Of a stretch of 64,000 nt of DNA, positions 22,908-35,043 are shown piece after piece. Positions within the stretch are counted from its first letter, which is position 1. Each line of letters begins with the position of its first letter. A model generated the notes under the pieces. The model had not been told where the DNA came from, did no database searches, and saw only the letters and a program-made list of their open reading frames with translations. Source of the DNA: Phoronis australis (lineage: Eukaryota > Animalia > Phoronida); assembly GCA_002633005.1 (NCBI GenBank), contig NMRA01000365.1, positions 307,660 to 371,659 of the forward strand, in the 5' to 3' direction. A program made the translations under genes and the position numbers.

Positions 22908-25900
22908 GGGGCTATTCGGAGAATTCTCCTCGCGGTGTCGCTGCTGTACTAGTGGTGATTAAATTGCGCATGCGTGGCTTTCTGCATGTAAACAACTGGT
23001 AAAAGATGGAATTTTTATCAAAATACGTCGTCTTGCTAAGCCTTATTACTGCTAATTTCCCTGGTGCAAGTCTTCGACAGGTGGCCACAAATTCCCAAAA
23101 GACCTAAGGTTACTATATTCGTGGACAATTGCGGTCAACAGGGTCAACTAACTGACCAAAAGTGTGTGGATGCTGAAGCCCTTTGAGTGCTCTATGACTA
23201 TGCAGTTCCATTCGGAGACATTACTTGGTAAGTTTTTAGCTATCAGTTTCTATCAACATCGTTCGGTGATGTTATCCCCACCAGTTACCCCACTGAATAA
23301 CAGTTTTATTGAGTGGAACTAAGTGTTTCTTTTTGGAAACTCACCCGATGCCGGGTAGGCTAGCAGCACATATTCATATTGTCCTGGGTGGGAGTGCTCC
23401 CAAAATAAGAGGTGTATGGTACGTGATGCACAGAAGTCAAGAGTGACTTTTTCACAGCAGTTTCTCTTCAAAACTATGCTGTTTCCAATAAAATTCTCTA
23501 GATGAGTGAGTTTCCTTATTTTATCGTGGACCCCACCCCCAGGACCACCAGCTCAGTTATCGAATTAACATGAATAAGCCTTAATTCAGTAAATGTCGTA
23601 ACATTGCATTGGAAAAAAATTGACACCTAGAATGAATTTTACTTGTTGAGATCAGAAGCACATTTTAAGTGTCATGAAAAATACACATTGTTAAATCACT
23701 TTTAGCCTGTTTCACATATTTTAATTCAGATATTAAATAAGACTTGGGTACAAAGGTTATTAGTTTCTACACATAAACATGAAGATGAAATGTCAAGTAT
23801 GTTCTGCCTTACAAAAGTAGTTTTGTCTTGTCTTTTCTTTTACAATTTGCTAATATTTCTATTCTGTTACAGGCAAGAAAAAACAACTGAAACCAACCGC
23901 CTGACCATCTATTTCACCGTTGGACAAAGTGAAAAGCAATCCTTCAGCAATAACCTGAGAGAATTGAATGTAATTCAGTAATTCAGCACCTGATATGCCT
24001 GATTATGGACTCCCTCGTGATGTTTCTTTCTGTGCTTTTTCAGTTTGCCATTTGTTTTTAAATACACTGATAATTGTTTATTCTCGAATCTTGTGCATAG
24101 CAGCTAGCTACAATTGAAAACATACAATAAGACAATCGATGCAGTCACTGAATGTCATTTCCCCATAATCTGTACCAAATTGAAAAGTTTTTACCAATAG
24201 TATAAAGCCTTTCTTCTGAAAGGAAAATTTAATGTCACTCAGCTTTTGGCTTTCATTTCACTGGGTTCTAGTTTCAATGGCCTATAAAAGCGCTTGTAAA
24301 AAAGGTCCAGTTTCAACACGTGGCTTTCTTTCATGTAACCTCATTCAGCCTCAATAACATCCACAATTAGACCCTTGAAGGTAAACACAGCAGCATATCA
24401 CTTGAATCGTTTTGAGCCCAAAATCAGACTCTGAACTAGACCAGAGTGTGACTAGGTCTTCTTTAGCTTCAGTCCCTCATGTTTCTTCCAGGAAAGGAAA
24501 TAAACTATTGTCCACACATGACTCATTGCCTATGAAAGGGCATCCTCGCCAACAAGGCTTATTTGTGTAGCAGTCAGATATAGTTCATCTGGATACACAG
24601 ACACTCCACTGGCACATTGTCTTATGGTAACTTAGTACTGCGATTCACATTTCTCCAGGGCCACTGACTTGCACATTGTGCCAAGCAGCACTGCTGGTGT
24701 GTGGAAGTGCTGTGGGAAGAGAACGGAGTAACAAAGCTTGTCTATGATACTGCTTGAAGTGGTCTTAAAATGTCACTGCACCTGGAACAAATATTGAAAT
24801 ATGAATAATTAAGTACTCCAGATTGGATCAAAAATGTTATCCCTGTTTTTCAAAAATATATGGTGATTGGTCTACAGTTTCACATAAAAGTAAATATTTA
24901 CTATTTTCAGAAACCAAGGGTGTATATAATGAGTATTGCATAAAACTGTGTCTTTATTTTTTATCCCTAGCCATAACAATTCTTTAAACGCATCACTTGT
25001 CTGTAAAATATACAAGTTTTTTGAGACAACTTCAAACCTTTGTTACCCATTTTCAAGCCTTTTTAATTTTGATACTTTCAGCAATTTTAAACTCAGATTA
25101 CAGGTTCATGGGTCTGTCAAGCATACTTCTAGCCTAAGGTTGAGGGAACCGTTTTTCTTCTAATAGAAGATATGAAGACTTGGGTCATTTAAAAATGATG
25201 GATAATCTTTCTGTTGTTTAAGAGTAATTACAAATCGTAAGGCACCATCAAAAATGCAATTTTCACAAAAATGGCAGTCATTTGAATTTATAACGACTTG
25301 CAACAATTCAAGGCATGAGTTAAGACTATTCAGTCACTGTGAATTCGGAAAATGTAATATATTTTCGTGGTTTTACAATTGATACAAGTAGCAAAACAGC
25401 ATATCTCCTCTGCACGGTACAAGCCTTCAAACCTAAAAACCAAAGGTTACGTGAAAACTGACGTGATAGATTTCCATTTCAACGTGTAACAGATTGCCAG
25501 AAGACATATGATAGGGAGTAAACAAATAGTCTAATGCAATGGATATTTATCACTCACGTACCCTTTACCATTGGGATTGGATTGTAATCTTAACTCATTA
25601 ACCTGTATCGAGTTGACAGCATAAACATTCAGCATTGATTGATGTAACTATCACTGATAAACTTTTAGAAATCATTCCAAACAATAATAATGCTTTGATG
25701 TACGAAAGATCCCGATTGCTACGTCAAGTATCGTATCACATATCACAACATATAAAGATTAACCAGACTCTGGCTGGCGACTGACTGCCGCGAAGTCGAC
25801 ATCGGCGAGTGCCTCAGTTAACAGGCATCGGTAGAATAATCATGGAATAATCGTAAAAATAATCACAAACCTTACCTTTGTATGAGGTTGTGCTTACGTC

Positions 25901-26060
25901 CTCTCATAGAAGCACCCTTTTTACGCAATCTCAGATTCAGTTGGCACGGCTGCAAGCCATTTCACCATGTATTTAAAGGGCTCGCAAAATCGAGGCTGTT
26001 AATCTATCACCACTAGTACACGCACGCCCTCTAGTTATTGTAGATTTTCCGAATAGCCCC
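22908..26060. mobile_element. ISL2EU-type (PIF/Harbinger-related) DNA transposon, internally deleted and degenerate
   Basis: TIR GGGGCTATTCGGA, AT TSD. Plus strand: spliced THAP relic (YYC*FPWCKSSTGGHKFPKDLRL..W..VNR; KKQLKPTA*PSI). Minus strand: SAP-like exon at ~25875-25967 (KKGASMRGRKHNLIQR) and a YqaJ-like exonuclease relic at 24180-24781 (HTPAVLLGTMCKSVALEK..SGVSVYPDELYLTAT). Confidence 0.75.
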
Positions 26061-28584
26061 ATTATGCCTCTCACCGATCAGTCATGTTGCTACAAGTATT
26101 TTTTGCTCATAAAGGGTTACGTTAGGAGGGGTTATGGTTATTATTATTGTTGTTGGAACTGGCCAGTGCTGCAGTGTAGTGAAATCTAAATGTGTCTTAT
26201 CTTACATTCTGGTAATATGTGGTCCGAGCTGCATACATCTGGTTGGTGTGCGGTCTGGTTATCGAATCCCACTCCACACCTCAGCACATGTATCAGCTGC
26301 AGAAGGGCCGCTGAATATTCATGTTGTGCCCTTACTGGCCAGCACCAGCATATGGGCCGGGACAGCCATCGTCAGCAGTCTCCAAGACGAATTACAGTCG
26401 TCCTTTGATGCCAACAGAGGGCGCGCATGGCAGAAGGCCAGCGCAACAGTGAAACAGGTCAAAGAACGTCTCACTACATTGCACTAGCCATTGGACTCAG
26501 TCCATCAATCAAAAGTATCGAAATATATTAAGACCATGGGTAATAGTCTGATACAATAGGTAGGTCCCTGATCAAAAATTGATTTTGAGAACCAGTCACT
26601 ATCACTGATTAAGAAACATTATTCAGTGGGAGTAACTGGTTCTCAAATCATTGAAGTAATGAATGGAGTAGTCTGTTCACCTTCCATAAAAATAACTTTT
26701 TAGTTTAGGACTCTTACTCATCTTAACTTTCATAAACTGCGGAGGATTACAGGGGTTTGGAAGAATTGACAGTTGGTTATTGCTTGAGACCATGCTCGAT
26801 GAATTTGTCATGGCATTTCATTGTAACCGTCATGGTGTTAAGCACTACTGAACAGTTACTTCGTCATAGCATAGCTCAGCAGATGTAGCATTCCTTATTT
26901 GAGTTTTAGGTACAAGTCGAGACCAGTTTTATAGCAGAAAGTGATCTACCGTAAGTCAAAAGTTCGTTTTTGACATCAAAATGAAGGTTTAAGCCACTTG
27001 AAGTGTGGATATGATATAAACTTGATATACAGTCCATGTATTGCCAAGTTCCAGTTTCAAACTGAATTGGTCCAAAAAAAATGCATCGATGGGGAAGCAT
27101 ACCTGCAATCACCTTAGATGCGAGCGAGCTCAAGACCTTAAATAAAGTTGACCTAGGACTTGAACTGAGGTTGAAAGCATGAGCCAAATTGAGTTTCAGT
27201 GTGCACGGGTTGTCCTGGTTCAGAGTATGGACATAGGTCTTTTGATGGCATCTCAAGACAAGTGCTTGATTTGTATATCACATTTCTTGAATTCAGATCA
27301 CCCTTTATTCATTGCTTCTAGTATGTAAAGATGGTGGATTTCCTATTTTGTTGGGTGATGAACGATTTTGAAGGAATTATGAAGTTGACTCATCTATAAA
27401 AGTCGTGTCACTTTAAACTGCAGGGGCCTGGTTTATCAAAGACCATGTATCCACTCTAAGCTTGGATTGCCATAACTTATTACTTGAACAAAGTTAATAT
27501 ACATGGTTTATGAAGGCAAATATGAATAATGCTCAAATTCACTTTATTAGCAATGCAGCGTTGTATTCACAATAATGTGTCTACATCTCAGCAGCAACTT
27601 GATGTACGATCTTTGATAATTGTTTTCATTGCCATTTTATTTTGTCAAATTCACAATGATCTATGGAAGGTTGTCAGAACTCGACTTTGGGTTTACTTTA
27701 AAAGGTACCTGTGCCTTGTGACTGTGCGTGGATGGAGAGAGAAGGACTAAATCCTGTAATTAACATAAATAATAACCACTAACTAATACAAGTGAAACCT
27801 GTTGTTAATTAAGTACACTAACGATGAAGAAGAGTAACTACACTAGCGCCCTCTGTAAGGATAACTTCAATCAATTAACCATGAACGACCAAACATCTTA
27901 TCTGCTATCCAATCTTTAGGACTCAACACTCATTGGATGACAGTCCTGTTGGTTGATCCTCATAGTCACACGGACTGTGACAATGTACTTGCTGGTCACA
28001 GTCCTTCATGATACAATGACATGCGTAGGCAGTATCTGGCAACCCACAATTCCTCTTGCTGGTCACAGTCTCTGGTGACGCAACACGTAATGGGAGTATC
28101 TTACTACCCACAATGCAAGTGGCAAGTTTTTAGTAAACTTCCTGTTCATTAACCTTTGCCCTTGCCAAGATCCTTTTAAGAATCTTCCACGGGATGGCTC
28201 TGTGGTATTATTTCTTCAGTACACTGAAGCAAGTCCTACAGCTTCAACTACTAAACACCATCTGACTATCTCCCAGTCTTCTGCCCAAATTAGAATTATG
28301 AATTTACTTAACGATTGGCTAACAAAAACCACATGATCTTATCATATTATTGGCTGTTACAATCTGATCTCAGAAATTTCCAGAATTTTACAGTACATTG
28401 ACCCCAGAACAAAAGAGGTAAATATCATCTAAAAGTACATGTAAACAAGTTTGACCCTATGTGCACAAATTTTGGGCAACTTCAATGGAACTACTAGGTA
28501 ACTATTCATTACATAATCAATATTTATTCTGACAAGGTATTCGATTGAAAATACTTTAAAGTGCTTGTGTACATATTTTTGCAG

Positions 28585-28646
28585 GATGATTGCATTTCTA
28601 AACTGGAAGCCATGGGGTTCAGAGTGGGTCAGAGTCTAGTGGAAAG
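28585..28646 (+). CDS. TRAPPC6B: TRAPPC6B coding exon 2
   Basis: tttttgcag|DDCISKLEAMGFRVGQSLVE(R)|gtagtt. Confidence 0.93.
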
Positions 28647-29251
28647 GTAGTTTCAAAATGAATACACTTTCATGTACACATGCTAATGCACTTAAGTTTC
28701 AATTGTCAACTACATCTGATTTCCCTGACTGTGTCATAATCAATGTGTATATTCTGCATGCAATACAAATACAGATTTGCTATACATCTTTGTAATGCTT
28801 CTGCTTGAATATAAGTGCATCCGTTACAATGATCTAGTACTTAATGTATGTTGAAAATTTCCCACAATGCCTTAGTTGATGTTTGGAAGATTTTTGATTG
28901 ATTTTTGTGTCCTTTTTCAGTGACTTTGTGATTATGCAAGTGTGAAAAAAATATGTTCCTGCTGTGACCTTCCCGCTCTTCATAAAGCTTCTACTACTGA
29001 CATTTATTAAAACTGAATATTAAATCAAACTTATGAGGCATCTTGCTGGAATTTTTCATTTTGACTTTGTTTATGTGTAATCATAGACAGATTAGAATAG
29101 TAGATTTTACTGAATGGATATTTTTTAGAATTTTTGTTATTTGTGCAGGAGCTATATTTAAACATTCTAGCAGACATTTTTAATGAGCTATGTGTACGAG
29201 CACCATAGAATGATAAGATTCCAACATTAAGGTATGTTATTTTATATTCAG

Positions 29252-29369
29252 ATTCACAAAAGACATACCACGTTTCAAGGATGAGCTGGACACAATGAAG
29301 TTTATTTGCAAAGATTTCTGGACGTCAGTGTACAAGAAACAAGTGGACAATTTGCGAACAAATCATCAG
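29252..29369 (+). CDS. TRAPPC6B: TRAPPC6B coding exon 3 (GC donor)
   Basis: FTKDIPRFKDELDTMKFICKDFWTSVYKKQVDNLRTNHQ|gcaagt. Confidence 0.93.
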
Positions 29370-30719
29370 GCAAGTATGCTTTTGTATGGCGTTCCATAGA
29401 GACCTTGATTTTCTGTGATAACGAAAAATTGACAAAATTCCCAAAATCCGACTTCTTTCAAGGAGTTAGTGACTGCAAACAGTATTTACACATTTCAGTA
29501 GTAGCTACCATAATGTGATGTTTTTGATTTTATTTTTATTACCAAAAATTAAGAATATTCTCCATTATATTCCACTATGCTGGCCACAAAGTGATCAACA
29601 ATCATTTTGCAGCAGACATCTCCAATTAGTTGTACATTCCTTGTAATAGTTGGGGTGTTCTTTTCCTGGTTTTTGGAGTTATAATAAACATGCCATGCAG
29701 CACGTTAGTAGTAAAACGGAGCTGCTTTTTAGTGCGCATTGAGTGGAAGAAGTATGGCAATTCCTGGATCAGTTTTTTCATATTTTACTTATTAAAATCA
29801 CTTTGAAATGCATAATGAACAGACTAGTGTACAAACTTTATGCTTGCTGATATGCATTTGAAAATGGGAAATCAGGATTTCTAGTTCGGCACATCATGGA
29901 AAAAGCTGAATAGGAGTATTCTGTGAATTTTGGGTTCAAGTAACTTTTCGAATAACTAGTAAGACATATAAAATATAAGTACATTGTTTTGAGAGTCTTC
30001 AAGTAGTATTGAGCTGACAGCATTCAAACAAATTTCAGATACCTCGCCAATGTCTACCGACAACTGGTAAGGCCCACATTCTACACGTAATTATGACTGT
30101 GGTCCTGTCAATCAACGGTAGACAAGAAGGACTAAAACCCAACTCGAAACTTCTCTAAGACATTAAAAACACTTAAAGTTTTCAGTTAAAATTACAATTA
30201 CTCATGCTCTAGAGTTAAAAACAAATTTCTTCGCAGGCATACTTGCTCTTATTTTAATGGACTTTTTCAAACTCGTATATTTGTCTATCTTCCCAAGAGC
30301 AATAATACAATATAATAGATGATCAGGAGACAGAAGAAGTTAGATATATACCTTCTCATACTGAATGACAGCATTATTGACTTCTCTAGTAGTTTGGAGG
30401 CCACATCGCTGCAGAAGTGATCTTATATAGATATGCCAATGCATTTGCGGGTGGCTTCATACAAGTTCACAGTTAGCAAATACTAAAACGTACTATATTA
30501 ATTCGTTACTTGGAGCGTGACAGGTGTTGGAGTCTGATAATTACTCAATGTGAAAAACCAGTGCTTAATGAGCAACTCAGCATTGTCTTGCACCTTTTCA
30601 TGACCTGTTAGCCTTCTTTCATTATTTCTGCCTGCAGATAAGACATGACCTGTGTTGAAATGCAGATGTTATTTTTTTTACCTGTTTTGTTTTTAACTTG
30701 GTATATTTGTACTGACTGC

Positions 30720-31190
30720 TTGTTGGTGTATTCTCATGTGTTCTTAGAAGAAGGAGCACTGATATGTAGTAAACTCATCATGGTGTAATTTTTGATTATA
30801 TATTATCCGAGGAAGGATTTGAACCCACGACTTCTGAAACTACAGATATTTTAAGTCTAACACCTTAACCACTACACCACGGAGTCATCCTTTTACTTAG
30901 AGGGAATTTAACTAGACTTAAACCTTCCCAAGTAGACTGAGCCAGGTTTTACTTGGCTGTACTTTCATGTACATGGCTTCCATGATCTTTCTCTTGATCC
31001 AACCTGTTTCACTGTCTAGTATTCAGTTGTTATTCCGTTGGATATTGTGTTGTTTTGTCCACATGTGTTCTACTACTCCACATGTGGACAAAACATATTC
31101 ATGCTTATTCTTCTAAGAACACAGGACCACCTGACAATAGCCGGAGAATAGACCAACCGATACGTCATGACAATGTTAATAGACAAGAGG
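30720..31190 (-). mobile_element. Penelope-like retroelement 3' fragment with inverted pLTR and internal tRNA-like module
   Basis: GIY-YIG C-terminal relic (VEHMWTKQHNI..ILDSETGWIKRKIMEAMYM) at ~30950-31075 (-). 30725-30758 is inverted at 31102-31156. Degenerate hammerhead-like CTGACAATAGCCGG..CCGATACGTC at ~31131-31166. Confidence 0.6.
30807..30886 (-). pseudogene. tRNA-like sequence (class II, Leu-TAA-like), not a functional cloverleaf
   Basis: GACTCCGTGGTGTAGTGGTTAAGGTGTTAGACTTAAAATATCTGTAGTTTCAGAAGTCGTGGGTTCAAATCCTTCCTCGG. A and B boxes are clear; the acceptor and T stems are mismatched. Confidence 0.65.
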
Positions 31191-31743
31191 TCGGTATAAA
31201 TAGTCCATGAGATTTTAATAATAGTTGAAACACGCCACCACCTCAGAGTGGTTTTTAGAAAATCTTATTTGTTTGGTTCCTTGATGATCTGCTCTGTTGT
31301 TGTTATTTGGAAGGTTAACAAATATATGGTGAGTTAGAGAGAGTGTCCATTTGTAAACAATTTGTTACAATTCTCATGATGACCATACTGCTTGGGCTAC
31401 TGAACCTTTCCTGAAGCGGCAAGCAGTCAAACTGAGCCTTCTTCTCAAGCTTAGAAATCATTTTCAATGGGAGTAATGAGAGGCTTAATTAAAAGTAATA
31501 TTGTTTTTGACAGTAATGGTCAGATATAATGTGTCCACATTTTGAGAACCAGTTTTCTACATTCAATAACAGGTATCAAAATGGTTCTCAAAATATGGGC
31601 ATGTTATACCCAACTATTGCCATTTTTGACAGAGTTTGCGGGTTTATTACTGTACCATCTTAAATAATTTCTTGCATAGCCACAGGTAACTGGTGTACAG
31701 CAACTGAATTGTTTATTCAAGTTTAGTTCTTGTTTACTTTCAG

Positions 31744-31827
31744 GGTGTGTATGTCCTCCTCGACAACAGGTTTAGATTGTTAACACAGATTTCTAATAGT
31801 GCCCAGTACTTAGAAGACGCACCAAAA
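31744..31827 (+). CDS. TRAPPC6B: TRAPPC6B coding exon 4
   Basis: tttcag|GVYVLLDNRFRLLTQISNSAQYLEDAPK|gtatgg. Confidence 0.93.
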
Positions 31828-32679
31828 GTATGGAGGCTTCATGTCATCTTTTAATGCAGTACTGTAAAATCACACCAATTTGAGACAAAGATAATTGCCA
31901 AAATTACACTTTAATTGTTTTCAAGGTCTTTTTTCTTTGTTGTTAGTGCCCAGTTTTTAAAATTTTGTGTGTTAGTAGATATCAGAAAAAATTTTAACAT
32001 GATGGTAAAGCATTATGTTTGTGCTATAATATGTCCTGTATGAACAAGTGAGAAAATTAAACTTGAGCTGTCGGCCATATTGTGTCTTAAATTGGTGACA
32101 TTTTACAGTACTCATTTCAGTCCATATTTGTTCAAATAAATCCTCAGTTGAGTGCTTTTATGAGAATGTAACATGAGTTGCTTGGATATAAACATTGCTG
32201 TTAGCACTAGCTGGAGTCAAAGCCACTTATAACCTAATAAGTTACGTATTAAAAGCATTTGTCTTTGATTTGTGTATGGATTGCGAGGTACATCATGTTT
32301 AGAAATGATTGTAGGAAAGCAGTAATCCCAAGCAATGCCACCACCTTCATTTTAGTAGCATTTCAGGCAGTAGCCTGTTGTTCAGTGTATCATAAGTACA
32401 AGTAAACATGTAACTCCTGTCCAGTATCAAGTGTCAGCTTACTGACCAGAAGGTCACCTGTTGGACACTTTCTGTACAAGAAGGACTTGTGTCCCACAAG
32501 TGTTTGCTTTAGGATGCACATCCATTGATTTTCCCCATCCGTAAAAAGGCCTCAATAGTAATTAGGCCTACTAATACTATGAAACGGCAATACAATGAAC
32601 CTCCATGACTTCATTTGTACCAAACTTTGTTGTACCAAAGCAACATGTTTGCAGTATAACGTGGTATTTGTCGAATGGA

Positions 32680-33240
32680 AATTTGGTTTCCTGTCTATTG
32701 AAGGCTCAGAAGCAGGCAGCCAGACTTATTTTTGGTGTGCCTTTTGACACTCCATCAATTCATATCTTTAACAGACTGGGATGACTGCCTGTTCACAAAT
32801 ATTTTGTATACGTTTTTGTATTGAGCATAAATGTTTTCACAATAGTGTACCAGCTTATGTATCTTGTAACTTGTTACTCGTTGGAAACAACCACCAAATC
32901 AGGATCAGATTCTCTTCCTCAAACAATTTTGTTGTCCAAAGACACAAAACTTCGTTATACTCCGAGTCCTTTTTTATTCAAGTCATTCGACAATGTTACG
33001 ATTTACCAAACAGCCTTAAGGAGGCTGATGGTTAGGATGACTTCAGACACAAACTAGTCACTCACTTACTTGTGCATGTTGTCATCATAACTGTCCCTCC
33101 CTTCGTTTCAGTCATTTGTTTTCTCTAAATAATTTGTAAATTTCATTTGTAAATATTCATTTATATAATATTTCATTTAATTTAATCTGACTTATTGTAT
33201 TTAATTTAATTTTTTATTACAATTATTATTATTATAAATG
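32680..33240 (+). mobile_element. CR1/L2-type LINE 3' fragment
   Basis: QKQAARLIFG..PSIHIFNRLG and HKCFHNSVPAYV..SFFIQVIRQCYDLPNSLKE relics, followed by an AT-rich tail. Confidence 0.6.
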
Positions 33241-33699
33241 TAAAATGCAATGGAACATTATACACCAGGCATGTTGTATAGAATTAATTGCTGAACCATG
33301 TGTACCTCTAACCTTGTGTTAGCACGGTCATCGCTTTTGTCAGTCGTTTCACTCAAGGCAGTGTCTTTTAAATTTACATTCATTGTGTCTTCTATCTTCA
33401 CTACTTTTGTCACCATTTGTTAATTCTGTTGTTTTCTTCCAAACTTCTAACTTTCCGAACATAAAGTCAAGAAATATGCTAATGAAACTTGTCAAAGTGG
33501 AAGCATTTCCTTGCTGTGACAGCATGATTTTATCATACAGTTGGAATTGAGATTACCTACAGTTGCATTAATTAAAGTGGCTAAATTGAAGAAGGGCTGA
33601 TTAACCTTTCAATTCTCTGAAATGTTTTTCGTGTGAATGCTTCCACTGGATTTCCTTTGTAGAAAAGATTATTTGAGTATCGCCTCATTTTCATTCCAG

Positions 33700-33793
33700 T
33701 ATTTGGCTTATCCATGTGGATTAATTAGAGGTGCTCTCTACAACTTGGGGATAACAAGTATAGTTACTGCAGATGTAGCCTGTCTACCAACAT
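33700..33793 (+). CDS. TRAPPC6B: TRAPPC6B coding exon 5
   Basis: ttccag|YLAYPCGLIRGALYNLGITSIVTADVACLPT|gtaagc. Confidence 0.93.
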
Positions 33794-33950
33794 GTAAGCA
33801 TGTCACATGAATAGTCTTTACTTGCATTTCATGTTTAGTCCCATTAGTAAACTACTTTGTTAAATGATGACATAGCCTATCAAGCTATAAATGTCACATG
33901 GATAGTATAAACTTGATCACATTTGATTTAGCCCAGAACAGAAGCACCAT

Positions 33951-34701
33951 CTTTAAAATAAGCGTGTAAGTAAATAACGACATATCTATCCAACGTTTCG
34001 GTTTATTACTCTAAACCATTGTCAACGAAACAGTTCACAGACTCAAAACAGGCGACACAGGTAGAGCAGAGACTGTACAGGTACACATCAAAATGCATTG
34101 TGAGGGGGAGAGACCAGAAATCAAAACAGTTGGAGCTCAAATGAACCAATGTTTCTATTGAAGTAACGCTCAGCATGGTTTAACCATATATGCATAGCCT
34201 CCTTTATGAGGAGCCTGAGGGTGGCATTATCCTTGTCTAGGATCTGAACACCAGAGCAATCTATAGTGTGACCAGTTGTCAAAGAATGATTGAGAACAGC
34301 ACTGTGTGTGTCTTTACAGTGTACTTTGACTCTGATGCTAAGAATCCTGTTCCGCCATTCCAATGTAAAACTGTTCAGTCACTACAGTTGAGTTGGTAAA
34401 CATGACTTCTTTGAGAATTACTCAACGGTGTTTTCAGTCTCGACAATGACACAAGTCTGTTTACAGGTTTGAAGAAAGATTGTTACGAGTTGCAAACATG
34501 GAGCAATAACTCCAAGCATTCTCTTAACCTGCCTCTCGACTACACAACTACCGTTACCTAAATAGGGGAGATTGAGAAATCCTTTCTTCAATTCAGGCCC
34601 ATGACAAACATCTGTGAACTGTTTCCTTGACAGTGGTTGGAAGTAATAAACCAAAACATTGCATAAATATGTCGTTATTTACTTACACGCTAATTTTAAA
34701 G
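33951..34701 (-). mobile_element. Penelope-like retroelement, 5'-truncated, with inverted pLTR
   Basis: Linker/GIY-YIG relic (LNLPYLGNGS; HSAVLNHSLTTGHTIDCSGVQILDKD..LLIKEAMHI..NRNIGSFELQLF). 33951-34041 is inverted at 34611-34701. Hammerhead-like TTGACAATGGTTT..AAACCGAAACG. Confidence 0.8.
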
Positions 34702-35043
34702 TTAGTATATAAACTTACATTTCCTATTCAAGTTCCATTTGTACAAGACCATATAAGGAATTGTGGCCAAGTAGTAGTACATTCAGTTTTTCATTCAAAA
34801 GATCATGAGCTAAAATCCACACAACACTGCTCACCTCAAGCAAGGTGAGTAGCTCCGTAGTTCACCTGCAGTGGATAATTTAGCGTGTTGTAAAAGATGA
34901 TGAAATTAATGGCTAGATAGTATTGGGGGTTATGCAGTGATGTAGAAGGGGTCAGGAAGTAAAAAAGTGCCAAATTTGGTGATGTGAATGTTCCCAAGTG
35001 GTAACTATATTTTTGTTATTTACCCTACCTGTCTGAATAAGAC

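Noticed and set aside
26700-28260. Nested gene in the TRAPPC6B intron
   Set aside because: Only short unrelated ORFs with no consistent exon chain. Probably very old TE debris that I cannot classify.
30807-30886. Functional tRNA-Leu(TAA) gene
   Set aside because: Acceptor, anticodon and T stems are mispaired and the sequence is embedded in a retroelement relic.
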